This document shows, in pieces, positions 28,665 through 38,033 of a stretch of 64,000 nt of DNA. Location: IMG/VR virus record IMGVR_UViG_3300017776_000008, positions 731-64,730 of that record. The stretch is one strand, 5' to 3'. Each line of letters begins with the position of its first letter. Position 1 is the stretch's first letter. Position numbers and translations under genes: made by a program. This stretch comes from a virus (lineage: Duplodnaviria; Caudoviricetes). The notes under the pieces are model-generated. The model worked only from the letters and a program-made list of their open reading frames with translations, was not told the DNA's origin and did not search any database.

Positions 28665-31097
28665 ATGGCTAATCCTCCTTATAATTATTTCAATCAATAT
28701 GTTTATAAAAAATACCTGTTCATGTTTGAAATTCATGGCGATGCAAATGCAGAGCACAATGTTAATGAAATGGGTAACGAATATTATCGTTGGGGGTTTG
28801 GAGACCGCACCGGGTGGGTGACTGAGTATAATTTACCGGATGGCTGGGATCAGTCTGATTCATCACATTGGTCTAAAGATTACGATTTATATGAAGGCCA
28901 TTTGGGTCCAAATGATACTATAACATTCATAATGGCCGAAGAAATGCCTAAGATTTTTAGAAGAGGCTACTTTTCCGGAAGCAGTTACACACCAGCAGTA
29001 GTTCATGTTCATAGCATTCAACCAGGATCCTTTGATCCAGACGGCCACGTATTGGTGCAACAACAATCTACAAACTGGCCCTTAACCATAGCTGATACGG
29101 CGTACAATCGCGAATCCTTTCTCTCTCACGACCCTAGAATATACACTGACACTGATGGCGATTTTAATCTAGGTCTTAATGAAGGTGGCACCGGCGCGGC
29201 CTTAGATGACCAGGGAAGAGACGCCAAATTTGGCACTACTTCGCGCAACTATATATCCGGCCCCAGCTATGCTACCGTTTATACCACTGATGCGATTCCA
29301 GTCAAAGGTTTTACCAGTCGTAATTACGATATACCGTACGGCATGTCTCACAAGCAGCCAGGCGCTGGAAGCGGGGAATCTGAGGCATACTTTTCTTTTA
29401 AAGCTTCTGTAAGGGTGGGTGGTACTCTTAGCCTTTACGACGACTTTTCCTTAAGAGATTATGAAGAGCGCGGTTTTATAACCTCGGGATTTACCGATTT
29501 AACTTCATCTGGCTACGGTCCCGGCGGAACTGGCACTGATGGCGCACTATATAAATTTAAAGTAACGCCGTATCCTAGACTTATATACCATGGGGCTGAT
29601 ATGGTTGATGCTCAATCTTTAGCAATTGTTAGTGATGAATATCGCACTTCATTGGGAACTCCTACGCGCTCCTTACCTGTAGAGTTTGATACATATATTA
29701 ATCGTCATGCTGCAAAATCTTTTAGTGGTCAGACACAACCAGAGTTAACTACAAACATATCGCTTAATCATCTCCGCGGACAGCCAGTTACTTCAAGGGA
29801 AGAAACCGACTTTAGCTATTGGGGAGCTGATAATACTGTGGATGGCGTTGGAACTAATTGGTCTCAACAGGTATGCGGCACTTATTGGCTAGTAGATCCA
29901 ACTAATAATACTGGCGTTCCTATAGGAAGTAGTCAGTCTGCTGATAATACTGGGCAAACAAGATATCTTGCAGCACATAAAAGTAGCAATACCAACAACG
30001 CGGCTATTAGGCATGGGCAAGTATATTCTGAAGGGCGCAATAGTAATGTTCGAACATCGACCGGCGGCTCACCAGGTTCTGATCCAATCGGATCTAAAAT
30101 TATAATAAAATTTAATGGCTATGGCGTAGATACGGGTTATTCTGTAGATCGCTCATTAGCTCAAACCTTTACCGATGCTAATGGAAATACTTATAAAAAG
30201 CTCAGTTTACTTACTAATTCACAGAGAAGCGACCAAACGACTTTATATCAGCTTGCATATTCGGTGCATCGTCAAACGTTTCAGCCAAATATTTCCGTTG
30301 GGCCACCGATATCAAGTACTACTGATTTTGGGCTACAGTATTCAACAGGCCTGTCTAGTTATTGGCCGAAAGCTGTATTAACTCAGACACAACCAGATAC
30401 TACTTACTTTAACTTTTTAACGCGTGGTAAAATTTACTTTAGCGTAGCTGATTATTTAAGACCGTATAGTTCAGTTTCCGCAGGCCAAGGTTTTTCACTT
30501 TCTAATTCGCAGTATTTGCAGACTGATGAACAAGCAATCCAGGGGAAAAGAGATGCTTTAAGATCAGTAACATATTATGACGACTCTTCTTCATTAACCT
30601 CAGATCAAACAGATGAATATGATACTGGTCTCTTTGAATTTAATCTCAATACACTGCCTAAAGTTAACATAAGAACTAAACGCGGCCGTAGCTTAAATGT
30701 TAAATTTTCTTTTCGAACTGCTGTTAGAGCGGCACGTCATAGTGGTAAAGTTAATGTATATGTTAGATATTTTCAGTCCACCGGCACCGCGTTAAGTATA
30801 GCTGACTCAGATTTTAACCATTACGGCGATGGTTCGATAACTCTAATACAAAATAGCACATTCAGCACAGGATCTGGATATCAAAAAGTAGCTGAACTAT
30901 CTGCTAGTACTACTGGTACCACCTTAGAAGAGAGACTTTTATTTGGAACAATGAGATTTGATATAGCAGCGGGTCATATGGGTGGACAAATTTGGGTTAA
31001 AGTTGAAGACAGCGAATTTGATGGAACCTCAGATTACGATAGTTTGATTCACCAATTTAAAATAACAATTAATGAATTGGAATTAGAGAGAGATTAA
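28665..31097 (+). CDS. 810-aa unknown protein, probably a virion appendage/adhesin
   Basis: G/S/T/Y-rich, beta-rich composition; late promoter; no recognisable enzyme motif. Confidence 0.5.
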   Translation: MANPPYNYFNQYVYKKYLFMFEIHGDANAEHNVNEMGNEYYRWGFGDRTGWVTEYNLPDGWDQSDSSHWSKDYDLYEGHLGPNDTITFIMAEEMPKIFRRGYFSGSSYTPAVVHVHSIQPGSFDPDGHVLVQQQSTNWPLTIADTAYNRESFLSHDPRIYTDTDGDFNLGLNEGGTGAALDDQGRDAKFGTTSRNYISGPSYATVYTTDAIPVKGFTSRNYDIPYGMSHKQPGAGSGESEAYFSFKASVRVGGTLSLYDDFSLRDYEERGFITSGFTDLTSSGYGPGGTGTDGALYKFKVTPYPRLIYHGADMVDAQSLAIVSDEYRTSLGTPTRSLPVEFDTYINRHAAKSFSGQTQPELTTNISLNHLRGQPVTSREETDFSYWGADNTVDGVGTNWSQQVCGTYWLVDPTNNTGVPIGSSQSADNTGQTRYLAAHKSSNTNNAAIRHGQVYSEGRNSNVRTSTGGSPGSDPIGSKIIIKFNGYGVDTGYSVDRSLAQTFTDANGNTYKKLSLLTNSQRSDQTTLYQLAYSVHRQTFQPNISVGPPISSTTDFGLQYSTGLSSYWPKAVLTQTQPDTTYFNFLTRGKIYFSVADYLRPYSSVSAGQGFSLSNSQYLQTDEQAIQGKRDALRSVTYYDDSSSLTSDQTDEYDTGLFEFNLNTLPKVNIRTKRGRSLNVKFSFRTAVRAARHSGKVNVYVRYFQSTGTALSIADSDFNHYGDGSITLIQNSTFSTGSGYQKVAELSASTTGTTLEERLLFGTMRFDIAAGHMGGQIWVKVEDSEFDGTSDYDSLIHQFKITINELELERD

Positions 31098-31098
31098 A

Positions 31099-31446
31099 TT
31101 GATAGATTATAAAATATATTTAGATGATGTTAGAGCTTTACAATCAGAGAATGTTTTTAGGAATGTAGTTAAAGATGTGACTTGGACAATAGAATTTTTT
31201 GACACAGATTATCCAAACGAAGTTTTTATCCAGCATAGAGTTCACACAATCTTAGATACTGATAATATTCAAAAATCAAATTTTAAGTCGCTAGAGTCGT
31301 TAAGAACAGCCGATATTGAAAGAATGATTGTAGATAAGATGGGCGGAGTTGATTTCATTAATTCTATAATGGATATGTATACGCATCAATTGCAATATGA
31401 TAGAATCCGCGTAGAAATGGTTAAAGTCGATATCTCAAAACTTTAG
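31099..31446 (+). CDS. small protein resembling tail-fibre-associated accessory proteins
   Basis: NVVKDVTWT motif resembles small proteins that accompany marine phage fibres; coupled to the 810-aa gene. Confidence 0.45.
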   Translation: MIDYKIYLDDVRALQSENVFRNVVKDVTWTIEFFDTDYPNEVFIQHRVHTILDTDNIQKSNFKSLESLRTADIERMIVDKMGGVDFINSIMDMYTHQLQYDRIRVEMVKVDISKL

Positions 31447-31480
31447 TCACAAAATATCTCTAAACAACTACTAAAACTTG

Positions 31481-31550
31481 TATAAATAATATCGTGGTGC
31501 CGGATGGTCGGGCCACGAGTTTATAACCTTGCTTAACAATAGGAGGAAAC
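31481..31550 (+). promoter_or_regulatory. late promoter plus ROSE-like RNA thermometer in the hsp20 leader
   Basis: TATAAATA at 31481; hairpin TCGTGG...CCACGA; CCTTGCT (31527-33) pairs with the SD AGGAGG (31541-46) around a bulged G. Confidence 0.7.
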
Positions 31551-32006
31551 ATGGTTAGAAATACTTTAAATGTGCCGCGTTCATTATTCGTTGGCTTCGA
31601 AGGATTGTTCGATGAGCTAGAGAGAATTCACACTTCTGCTAGAACTGGTAACGATAACTACCCACCCCACAATATCGTAAAGATCGATGACGAAAAGTTT
31701 CTCATTGAGCTTGCTGTTGCGGGATTTACTGAAGATGACATCAGCTTAGATGTTAAAGATGGTATTCTGAAAGTAAGGGGTAAGATTGAAGGAGATAAAC
31801 GCGAATATGCTCACAAGGGTATATCATCCCGCAAATTCGAGAAGAGCTTCCGCCTTTCAGAATTTGTTGTAATAGATGGGGCTGATCTTGAGAACGGAAT
31901 ACTAGTGGTGTATGCCAGAGTTGAACTTCCCGAAGAACGGCGTCCTCGGAAGATCGAAATAGGGTCTGCTGGGGCATCAAAGAAGAAACAATTCCTACAG
32001 GAATAG
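31551..32006 (+). CDS. small heat-shock protein Hsp20 (IbpA-like)
   Basis: Motifs YPPHNIVK, IELAVAGF, HKGISSRKF...F.L, ADLENGIL. Confidence 0.95.
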   Translation: MVRNTLNVPRSLFVGFEGLFDELERIHTSARTGNDNYPPHNIVKIDDEKFLIELAVAGFTEDDISLDVKDGILKVRGKIEGDKREYAHKGISSRKFEKSFRLSEFVVIDGADLENGILVVYARVELPEERRPRKIEIGSAGASKKKQFLQE

Positions 32007-32061
32007 TCAATCAGCGAAAACTCAGTAGATAAGTAATAAACTTTTTTACTGGAGAAAAGCA

Positions 32062-32202
32062 ATGAAACATATTAGCAAGAAAAAAGCGAAGTATGGTGAT
32101 TTTGTTGAGGCCCTAGAAGGATTTGTAGTTTTGGTATTATCAGGTGGCTTAGTGCTAGGTGTAGCACCATCTATCATATACCTACAGGCTATGAACTTCT
32201 AG
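32062..32202 (+). CDS. 46-aa single-TM protein (missed by the ORF track)
   Basis: MKHISKKKAKYGDFVEALEGFVVLVLSGGLVLGVAPSIIYLQAMNF; GGAG SD. Confidence 0.6.
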   Translation: MKHISKKKAKYGDFVEALEGFVVLVLSGGLVLGVAPSIIYLQAMNF

Positions 32203-32231
32203 TCTTAACAATCACAAGCAACAACTCATGC

Positions 32232-32251
32232 GGGGGTAGGAAACTGCCCCC
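32232..32251 (+). terminator. GAAA-tetraloop hairpin before the gp43 promoter
   Basis: GGGGGTAG-gaaa-CTGCCCCC. Confidence 0.55.
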
Positions 32252-32268
32252 AACCTTGAAAATAAATG

Positions 32269-32297
32269 TGTACATTGTGCTCAGACTGTGATATAAT
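32269..32297 (+). promoter_or_regulatory. promoter TGTACA-N17-TATAAT for gp43
   Basis: Exact family match. Confidence 0.8.
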
Positions 32298-32308
32298 ATA
32301 CACATTAC

Positions 32309-34831
32309 TTGGTTATGGATACGCAATACAATATGAAATTTTATACTAGTGTCTCTCGTTATGGCAACAACCTACTTTACCGTGGATATGAAAACGGCTT
32401 AAAAGTTCAAAAGAAAATCAAATTTCAACCTACTCTTTTTGTAGCAACTCCTAAAGGCGATTGGAAATCAATCGATGGCATTCCTTGTGCTCCTGTAATG
32501 ATGGATTCTATGCGAGATGCTAAGGAATGGATTCAAACAAACAAAGATACTGCAGGTAGACAAATCTTTGGTAATGACAAATACATACCTGCATTTATCA
32601 ATGATGAGTTCCCTGGCGATATTGAATTTAATAGTAATCAGATTAATGTAAGTACAATCGATATCGAGGTTGCATCTGACGAAGGCTTTCCACAGCCGGA
32701 AGAAGCTAACTATCCAATTATTTCGATATGCCTAAAGAACAATATTGATAACACATACTACGTCTGGGGCCTTAATGACTACGATGTAGATGCTTCCGTT
32801 ATGACTACTCATCGTGTGGTTTATCAAAAGTGCGACTCAGAGTTACAACTAATGCATGCGTTTATCGCACATTGGTCGACTCCATCTCACACACCAGATG
32901 TTATTACTGGCTGGAACGTACGCTTCTTTGATATTCCATATATCGTCAATCGTTGTCTTAAGTTATTCAGCGAAGATGTGGTTAAGCGACTCAGTCCCTG
33001 GGGGTTGGTCGATCAACAAAACATTACTCAGATGGGCCGTACGCAACAAGCATATGATCTCAAAGGCATTGCAACTGCTGATTACCTAGAGCTATTCCAG
33101 AAGTATACTTACACCGCTCAAGAATCTTATCGCCTCGATCATATTGCTAATGTAACACTTGGCGAAAAGAAACTATCCTACGAAGAGCATGGTTCACTCC
33201 ATACTCTCTATCTCCATGATCATCAAAAGTTTATTGACTATAACATCAAAGATGTCGAGTTAGTAGAACGCATGGAAGATAAGCTAGGTTTGATTACGCT
33301 TATGATGACAATGGCTTACAAAGGTGGTGTTAACTACTCGGATACTTTCGGCGTTACTGGAATCTGGGAGTCAATCATTTATCGCCATCTGTGGAAAAAG
33401 AAGGTTGCTATTCCATTCTATTCTGAAAAGATGAAGTCGTCCTATCCTGGTGGTTACGTTAAAGAACCTCATGTTGGATTGCACGACTACGTAGTATCTT
33501 TTGATCTAAACTCACTATATCCATCACTCATTATGCAATACAATATGTCTACAGAAACTATTGCAAGTGGTGAAACAGTCGGCATTGATATTGATAAGAT
33601 ACTTGAAGGTTACACATTTGATAACAAAGGTAAAGCAACTGGTGCCTCTGGTCAATTATTCAACGTCGATAAGAAAGGTGTATTCCCTACTCTCGTTGAT
33701 AGCATGTACAGTGAACGTGTTGTCATTAAGAAACAAATGCTCGACGCAGAAAAAGAATTGCAGAAAGTAGACCCTGCAGAAAAGCAACAAGTGTACAATA
33801 TTGAACGTCGGATTGCAGTAGCTGAAAACCAACAGATGGCTATCAAAATTCTACTCAACTCACTCTATGGTGCTCTTGGTAATCGTTACTTCAGATTCTT
33901 TGATCAGCGTATTGCTGAGGCTATTACATTATCCGGTCAGCTAACTATTCGGTGGGCAGAGGTTGCTATTAATGGTTACCTCAATAAAATCATGAACACT
34001 AACAAAGATTATGTTATTGCAATCGATACCGACTCACTCTATGTTAACCTTGGCGATCTTGTTGAAAAGGTCAATCCTAAAAATCCAATTGACTTTCTTG
34101 ATACTGTTGCGCAAGAAAAGCTCGAACCAGTTCTCAAAGATGCTTACGATGAGCTATACAAGCGCATGGGTGGTATTGAAAACAGAATGGTTATGAAACG
34201 AGAAGCTATCGCAGACCGTGGCATCTGGACGGCTAAGAAACGATACATTCTAAATGTACACGATAACGAAGGTGTGCGATACAAAGAACCTAAACTAAAA
34301 ATCATGGGCATTGAGGCTATCAAATCTTCAACACCAGCACCATGTCGTGATGCACTTAAGGCGTTATTCAAAGTTATTATGAAAGGTAACGAAGGCGATA
34401 CGCAGATGGCAGTACAGCAATTCAAAGAATACTTTTGCTCTCTACCAGCTCACGAAGTTGCATTCCCTCGTGGTGTATCCAAAGTTAATGAATATGCAGA
34501 CAGTGCTACAATCTATCGTAAAGGTACTCCAATCCATGTTCGTGCTGCGTTGATGCATAATCGTCAGCTCAAAGTTCATTCGCTAACCAAACGATACGAA
34601 CCAATCAAAAACGGCGAGAAGATTAAGTTTGTCTATCTCAAAGTTCCTAATCCAATCAAAGAAAATGTGATTGGCTTTAACCAGTATTTACCAAAAGAGT
34701 TTGCATTGGATAAATACATTGACTATGAAACTCAATTCGAAAAAACATTCCTCCAGCCAGTTGAACCAATATTCAAAGCAGTTGGTTGGTCGACGGAAGA
34801 AGTGCAATCTTTGGAAGATTTTTTTGGCTAA
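32309..34831 (+). CDS. gp43: family B DNA polymerase gp43 (true start probably ATG 32315 or 32333)
   Basis: Exo motifs DIEV and GWNVRFFD; Pol motifs [22 protein letters not shown]; C-terminal clamp motif SLEDFFG. No intein or intron seen. Confidence 0.97.
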   Translation: MVMDTQYNMKFYTSVSRYGNNLLYRGYENGLKVQKKIKFQPTLFVATPKGDWKSIDGIPCAPVMMDSMRDAKEWIQTNKDTAGRQIFGNDKYIPAFINDEFPGDIEFNSNQINVSTIDIEVASDEGFPQPEEANYPIISICLKNNIDNTYYVWGLNDYDVDASVMTTHRVVYQKCDSELQLMHAFIAHWSTPSHTPDVITGWNVRFFDIPYIVNRCLKLFSEDVVKRLSPWGLVDQQNITQMGRTQQAYDLKGIATADYLELFQKYTYTAQESYRLDHIANVTLGEKKLSYEEHGSLHTLYLHDHQKFIDYNIKDVELVERMEDKLGLITLMMTMAYKGGVNYSDTFGVTGIWESIIYRHLWKKKVAIPFYSEKMKSSYPGGYVKEPHVGLHDYVVSFDLNSLYPSLIMQYNMSTETIASGETVGIDIDKILEGYTFDNKGKATGASGQLFNVDKKGVFPTLVDSMYSERVVIKKQMLDAEKELQKVDPAEKQQVYNIERRIAVAENQQMAIKILLNSLYGALGNRYFRFFDQRIAEAITLSGQLTIRWAEVAINGYLNKIMNTNKDYVIAIDTDSLYVNLGDLVEKVNPKNPIDFLDTVAQEKLEPVLKDAYDELYKRMGGIENRMVMKREAIADRGIWTAKKRYILNVHDNEGVRYKEPKLKIMGIEAIKSSTPAPCRDALKALFKVIMKGNEGDTQMAVQQFKEYFCSLPAHEVAFPRGVSKVNEYADSATIYRKGTPIHVRAALMHNRQLKVHSLTKRYEPIKNGEKIKFVYLKVPNPIKENVIGFNQYLPKEFALDKYIDYETQFEKTFLQPVEPIFKAVGWSTEEVQSLEDFFG

Positions 34832-34835
34832 GGGG

Positions 34836-34864
34836 TTTACATTTAACCAAAAGTATGATATAAT
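34836..34864 (+). promoter_or_regulatory. promoter TTTACA-N17-TATAAT
   Basis: Family match after gp43. Confidence 0.75.
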
Positions 34865-34890
34865 AGACCATATTAATAACGGAGAAAACA

Positions 34891-35190
34891 ATGAAAGAAG
34901 TAAAACTAATCAGGCTAGTATCAGGCGAAGAAGTTCTTGGTGATATCAAACAAGAACGCGAAGGATATACAGTAAGAGAAGCGTACGTGCTTATTCCTGG
35001 CGGTGAAGGCAAAATCGCCTTTATGCCATTCCAACCGTATTGCAAAGTTACTGAAAATGGAATTCACGTTAAGGAAGAACACGTACTCTTTATAACCGAA
35101 CCTGTTGATGAATTAGCAGCACAGATTAAAAGTCAAAGCTCTGTGATTGATACGTCAGCAGCACCATCACAACAAGGCATTATAGTATGA
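34891..35190 (+). CDS. Sm-like hypothetical protein
   Basis: VKLIRLVSGEEVLG, similar in pattern to the N-terminus of ORF 16469. Confidence 0.6.
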   Translation: MKEVKLIRLVSGEEVLGDIKQEREGYTVREAYVLIPGGEGKIAFMPFQPYCKVTENGIHVKEEHVLFITEPVDELAAQIKSQSSVIDTSAAPSQQGIIV

Positions 35191-35588
35191 GCAAAGACTG
35201 GGTAAAAGATATTAATGAAATGCATTCCAAATATGGAGTGCATGACTGGGTTAGAAACAATCCTGATAAACTCAAAGAGTTTCTTGACTTTCGTCTAAAG
35301 TTTCTCTATGAAGAAGCTAATGAAACATCAATTGCTGTCAATGGCCGTGATGCGGAAGAAATCGTCGATGGCTTAATTGATGTATGTGTTATTGCAATCG
35401 GTACACTCGACTCATTCGGTGTCGATGCATATGAAGCATGGGATGCTGTACATAAAGCTAACATGGCTAAAGTAATCGGTGTAAAAGAAAGCAGGCCCAA
35501 TCCACTTGGTTTGCCAGATCTAGTAAAGCCTGCAGGTTGGGAAAATCCATCGCATAGTGGCAACCATGGTCTCTTTAACGATATTTAA
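35187..35588 (+). CDS. MazG/PRA-PH-like dNTP pyrophosphohydrolase
   Basis: EEANE...EIVDGLID...VHKANMAK...DLVKPAGW. Confidence 0.8.
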   Translation: MSKDWVKDINEMHSKYGVHDWVRNNPDKLKEFLDFRLKFLYEEANETSIAVNGRDAEEIVDGLIDVCVIAIGTLDSFGVDAYEAWDAVHKANMAKVIGVKESRPNPLGLPDLVKPAGWENPSHSGNHGLFNDI

Positions 35589-36483
35589 TAGCATATACGA
35601 TAATAAAACAGTCAAGAGAATGGACTACCAGTCTTTTGACGAGTTTGAAAAAGTATTGTACCGTTTAGCAAGTAGTGAGAAGTATCAAAAGAAAACTGAT
35701 GCACCCCTTATCTCACCCGCTACATATAAGACCGGAACCACCCGAGCAAACGCTAACGTCACTGCTTGGGGTGGCTTCGGCATTGTTGATGTCGATGACT
35801 TCGAAGGTAAGATCGAAGATATTCATGATAAGTATTCTGACTACAAATATGTTTGCTATTCAACAGCAAGCTCTACCAAAGAGCAACCAAAGTTTCGTTT
35901 GGTATTTCCATTAACAGAGAACGTACCTGCGGATAAGATCAAACATTTTTGGCATGCACTCAATAAAGAAATTGGCGATATTGCTGACGCACAAACTAAA
36001 GATCTGAGCCGTATGTACTATGTGCCATCTAAATACAAGGACGCATACAATTTTATTTTTACCCACGATGGTAAGATTATGGATCCAAAAGTATTGATGG
36101 AAAAGCATCGTTATGCAGTTAAGTCAGAATCATTCTTCGACCGACTACCAGAAGCTATTAAGAAAGGATTGCTTGAGCACAAAAAAAACCAGCTCAATAA
36201 CACAAACTACAGTTGGACTGGCTACGATGATTGTCCATTTGTAAACAAGAAGCAAGTTGAAGAATATAAAGCAATTAGTAACTCAGGTTGGTATTTACAG
36301 ATGTATAAGATCATGGTATCAACAGCTGGTAATGCAATGCAACGAGGGTATCCTATTACTGCAAGAGAGATTGCTTGGATATGCCAAGACCTTGATAACC
36401 AAACTGGTAGCTGGTATGGTAAACGCGATATGGTAAAAGAAGCAGAACGTGCTATTGAGTTTTGCTTTAGAAATACTTTATAA
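35566..36483 (+). CDS. archaeo-eukaryotic-primase (PrimPol)-like protein
   Basis: Motifs DVDD, YSTAS...PKFRLVFPL, D..TKDLSRMYYVP; helical C-terminal domain. Confidence 0.7.
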   Translation: MVSLTIFNSIYDNKTVKRMDYQSFDEFEKVLYRLASSEKYQKKTDAPLISPATYKTGTTRANANVTAWGGFGIVDVDDFEGKIEDIHDKYSDYKYVCYSTASSTKEQPKFRLVFPLTENVPADKIKHFWHALNKEIGDIADAQTKDLSRMYYVPSKYKDAYNFIFTHDGKIMDPKVLMEKHRYAVKSESFFDRLPEAIKKGLLEHKKNQLNNTNYSWTGYDDCPFVNKKQVEEYKAISNSGWYLQMYKIMVSTAGNAMQRGYPITAREIAWICQDLDNQTGSWYGKRDMVKEAERAIEFCFRNTL

Positions 36484-36567
36484 ATAAATTTGGGTGGTCC
36501 ACATTAGAGATCCGCATTGGTTCATGCGTTAAAAGAATCGTATAATCCCGTAATGAGAGGACAATAC
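36479..36567 (+). ncRNA. late promoter plus structured cis-regulatory leader (riboswitch-like candidate)
   Basis: TATAAATA at 36479. Nested pairings GTG/TAC, GTCC/GGAC, CATTA/TAATG and GAT/ATC enclose an H-type pseudoknot (CGCAT/ATGCG plus GGTTC/GAATC). Confidence 0.6.
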
Positions 36568-36568
36568 G

Positions 36569-36655
36569 ATGACTGTAGAACTAACTTACAGAGGCGTATC
36601 ATACACTAAGAAAGTTGCTAAAAAAGCAACAGGTGTAGAAAAAGCTTCTAAATAA
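36569..36655 (+). CDS. 28-aa YRG peptide, DUF4278-like (missed by the ORF track)
   Basis: MTVELTYRGVSYTKKVAKKATGVEKASK; LTYRGV.Y signature; GAGAGGA SD. Confidence 0.75.
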   Translation: MTVELTYRGVSYTKKVAKKATGVEKASK

Positions 36656-36714
36656 CTAAAATAGGTGTGGAAAAATTTTAAGGGCCAAGGATGGCTTTCA
36701 ATATGAGGTAAATT

Positions 36715-36969
36715 ATGAAGCATGAATTGAGAAGTTATCAGCAAGTGCTTTGCGTTACAATGGAAGAATGTGGTGAACTTACTCAGGCGTGTAGTAAAGC
36801 GTTAAGGTTCGGCAATAAGGAAGAAATTGCAAAGGAAGCTGGTGATGTATTAGCGATGATCGATTTGCTGGTTAAATATGGATTTACAACCTACGACGAT
36901 TTAGAAAAAAGAAAGCAAGTAAAATTTAATAAACTAAAAAAGTATAGTAATATAATTTGGGAAGAATAA
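36715..36969 (+). CDS. MazG-like nucleotide pyrophosphohydrolase
   Basis: MEECGELTQACSK...EAGDVLAMI. Confidence 0.75.
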   Translation: MKHELRSYQQVLCVTMEECGELTQACSKALRFGNKEEIAKEAGDVLAMIDLLVKYGFTTYDDLEKRKQVKFNKLKKYSNIIWEE

Positions 36970-36970
36970 A

Positions 36971-37231
36971 ATGATTGAAATGATTGGAAGTAATGTTCTG
37001 GTAACAGAAGCTGGAGAGGAAAAAGTATCATCTGGTGGTATTATTCTCCAAGGGCAAGTAAGTAAAGCAGCTAAACCAGGTTTGATTTTAGCTGCAGGCC
37101 CAGAAGCAACACACTTAAAGTCTGGAGACCGAGTATTTTTAAAATGGTCTGAGGCCATGGCAGTTGATGTGGATGGAAAGCAAGCAGCAATTATCGATAT
37201 GAAAAATATCTTGGCGGTGCATAATGTATAA
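36971..37231 (+). CDS. GroES-like co-chaperonin
   Basis: NVLV...SSGGIIL...AAGP...GDRV...NILAV. Confidence 0.85.
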   Translation: MIEMIGSNVLVTEAGEEKVSSGGIILQGQVSKAAKPGLILAAGPEATHLKSGDRVFLKWSEAMAVDVDGKQAAIIDMKNILAVHNV

Positions 37232-37640
37232 GTATAATGTCAATGTAGTAAGGGTAGTCGATGGCGATACAGTTGATGTAGATATAGACCTAGGGTTTGG
37301 TGTATGGCTACATAAAGAAAGGGTTAGACTAATGGGCATCGATACACCCGAGTCTAGAACTCGCGATCTTGAAGAAAAATTCTATGGCCTGGAAGCTAAA
37401 AAATTCTTGAATACACTATTATTGGAATGTCCAGTGACTCTAGTGTCTCACGAAAAGGGCAAGTTTGGTCGCATTCTTGGTGAATTGTTTATCTATGGAA
37501 ATACGGATAAATCAGTAAACCAAATGATGGTCGACAATTTCCATGCCGTTCCGTACAATGGTGGAAATAAAGTTTTGACTGAACAGCAACATCTGGAAAA
37601 CAGAGAGCATTTAGAAGTAAGCGCAGGCATAAAATTCTAA
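37224..37640 (+). CDS. staphylococcal-nuclease (thermonuclease)-like protein
   Basis: Motifs RVVDGDTVD, RVRLMGIDTPESR, KGKFGRILG. Confidence 0.88.
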   Translation: MYKYNVNVVRVVDGDTVDVDIDLGFGVWLHKERVRLMGIDTPESRTRDLEEKFYGLEAKKFLNTLLLECPVTLVSHEKGKFGRILGELFIYGNTDKSVNQMMVDNFHAVPYNGGNKVLTEQQHLENREHLEVSAGIKF

Positions 37641-37648
37641 AAAAACCC

Positions 37649-37677
37649 TGTACATTTGGTCTTAATTGTTGTATAAT
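37649..37677 (+). promoter_or_regulatory. promoter TGTACA-N17-TATAAT heading the DNA-modification operon
   Basis: Exact family match. Confidence 0.8.
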
Positions 37678-37703
37678 ATACCTTTAAATTATGGAGTATT
37701 CCT

Positions 37704-38033
37704 ATGAAAGAATCACTAAAAGTCTTGCAAGAATGTGCAGAACTTCAAACTAAAAAATCTAACGATTATCAGAATCCAAATTCGCGAATAAAGCAAGCCG
37801 ACTACTATCCACGCGGTGTTGCTTCTATTCTCGACATTATCCAAGCTAAAACTCTACGCCTATACAGCGTAATCGAAGCTATGGAATCAGACCCTGAGTA
37901 TAATCCAAACTTTGAATCCATTGAAGACTCTGGTAAAGATCTTATTAACTATGCATCGTTTTTAGTTGCTTATGCTCGTGGTGGTATTGAAGGCCAAACA
38001 GACGATAAAGATTTTCTTAACCGGAGCAAGTAA
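37704..38033 (+). CDS. nucleotide-modification-associated domain 1 (DUF1599-like) protein
   Basis: KKSNDY...K..RL...ESIEDS..DLINYA; adjacent to the hydroxymethylase. Confidence 0.7.
   Translation: MKESLKVLQECAELQTKKSNDYQNPNSRIKQADYYPRGVASILDIIQAKTLRLYSVIEAMESDPEYNPNFESIEDSGKDLINYASFLVAYARGGIEGQTDDKDFLNRSK

Noticed and set aside
36513-36540. preQ1-I or glutamine riboswitch
   Set aside because: GGUUC and the A-rich tail are reminiscent of preQ1-I, but the loop is too short and no que genes follow. The glnA/Downstream-peptide core is not evident. Kept as an unclassified RNA.
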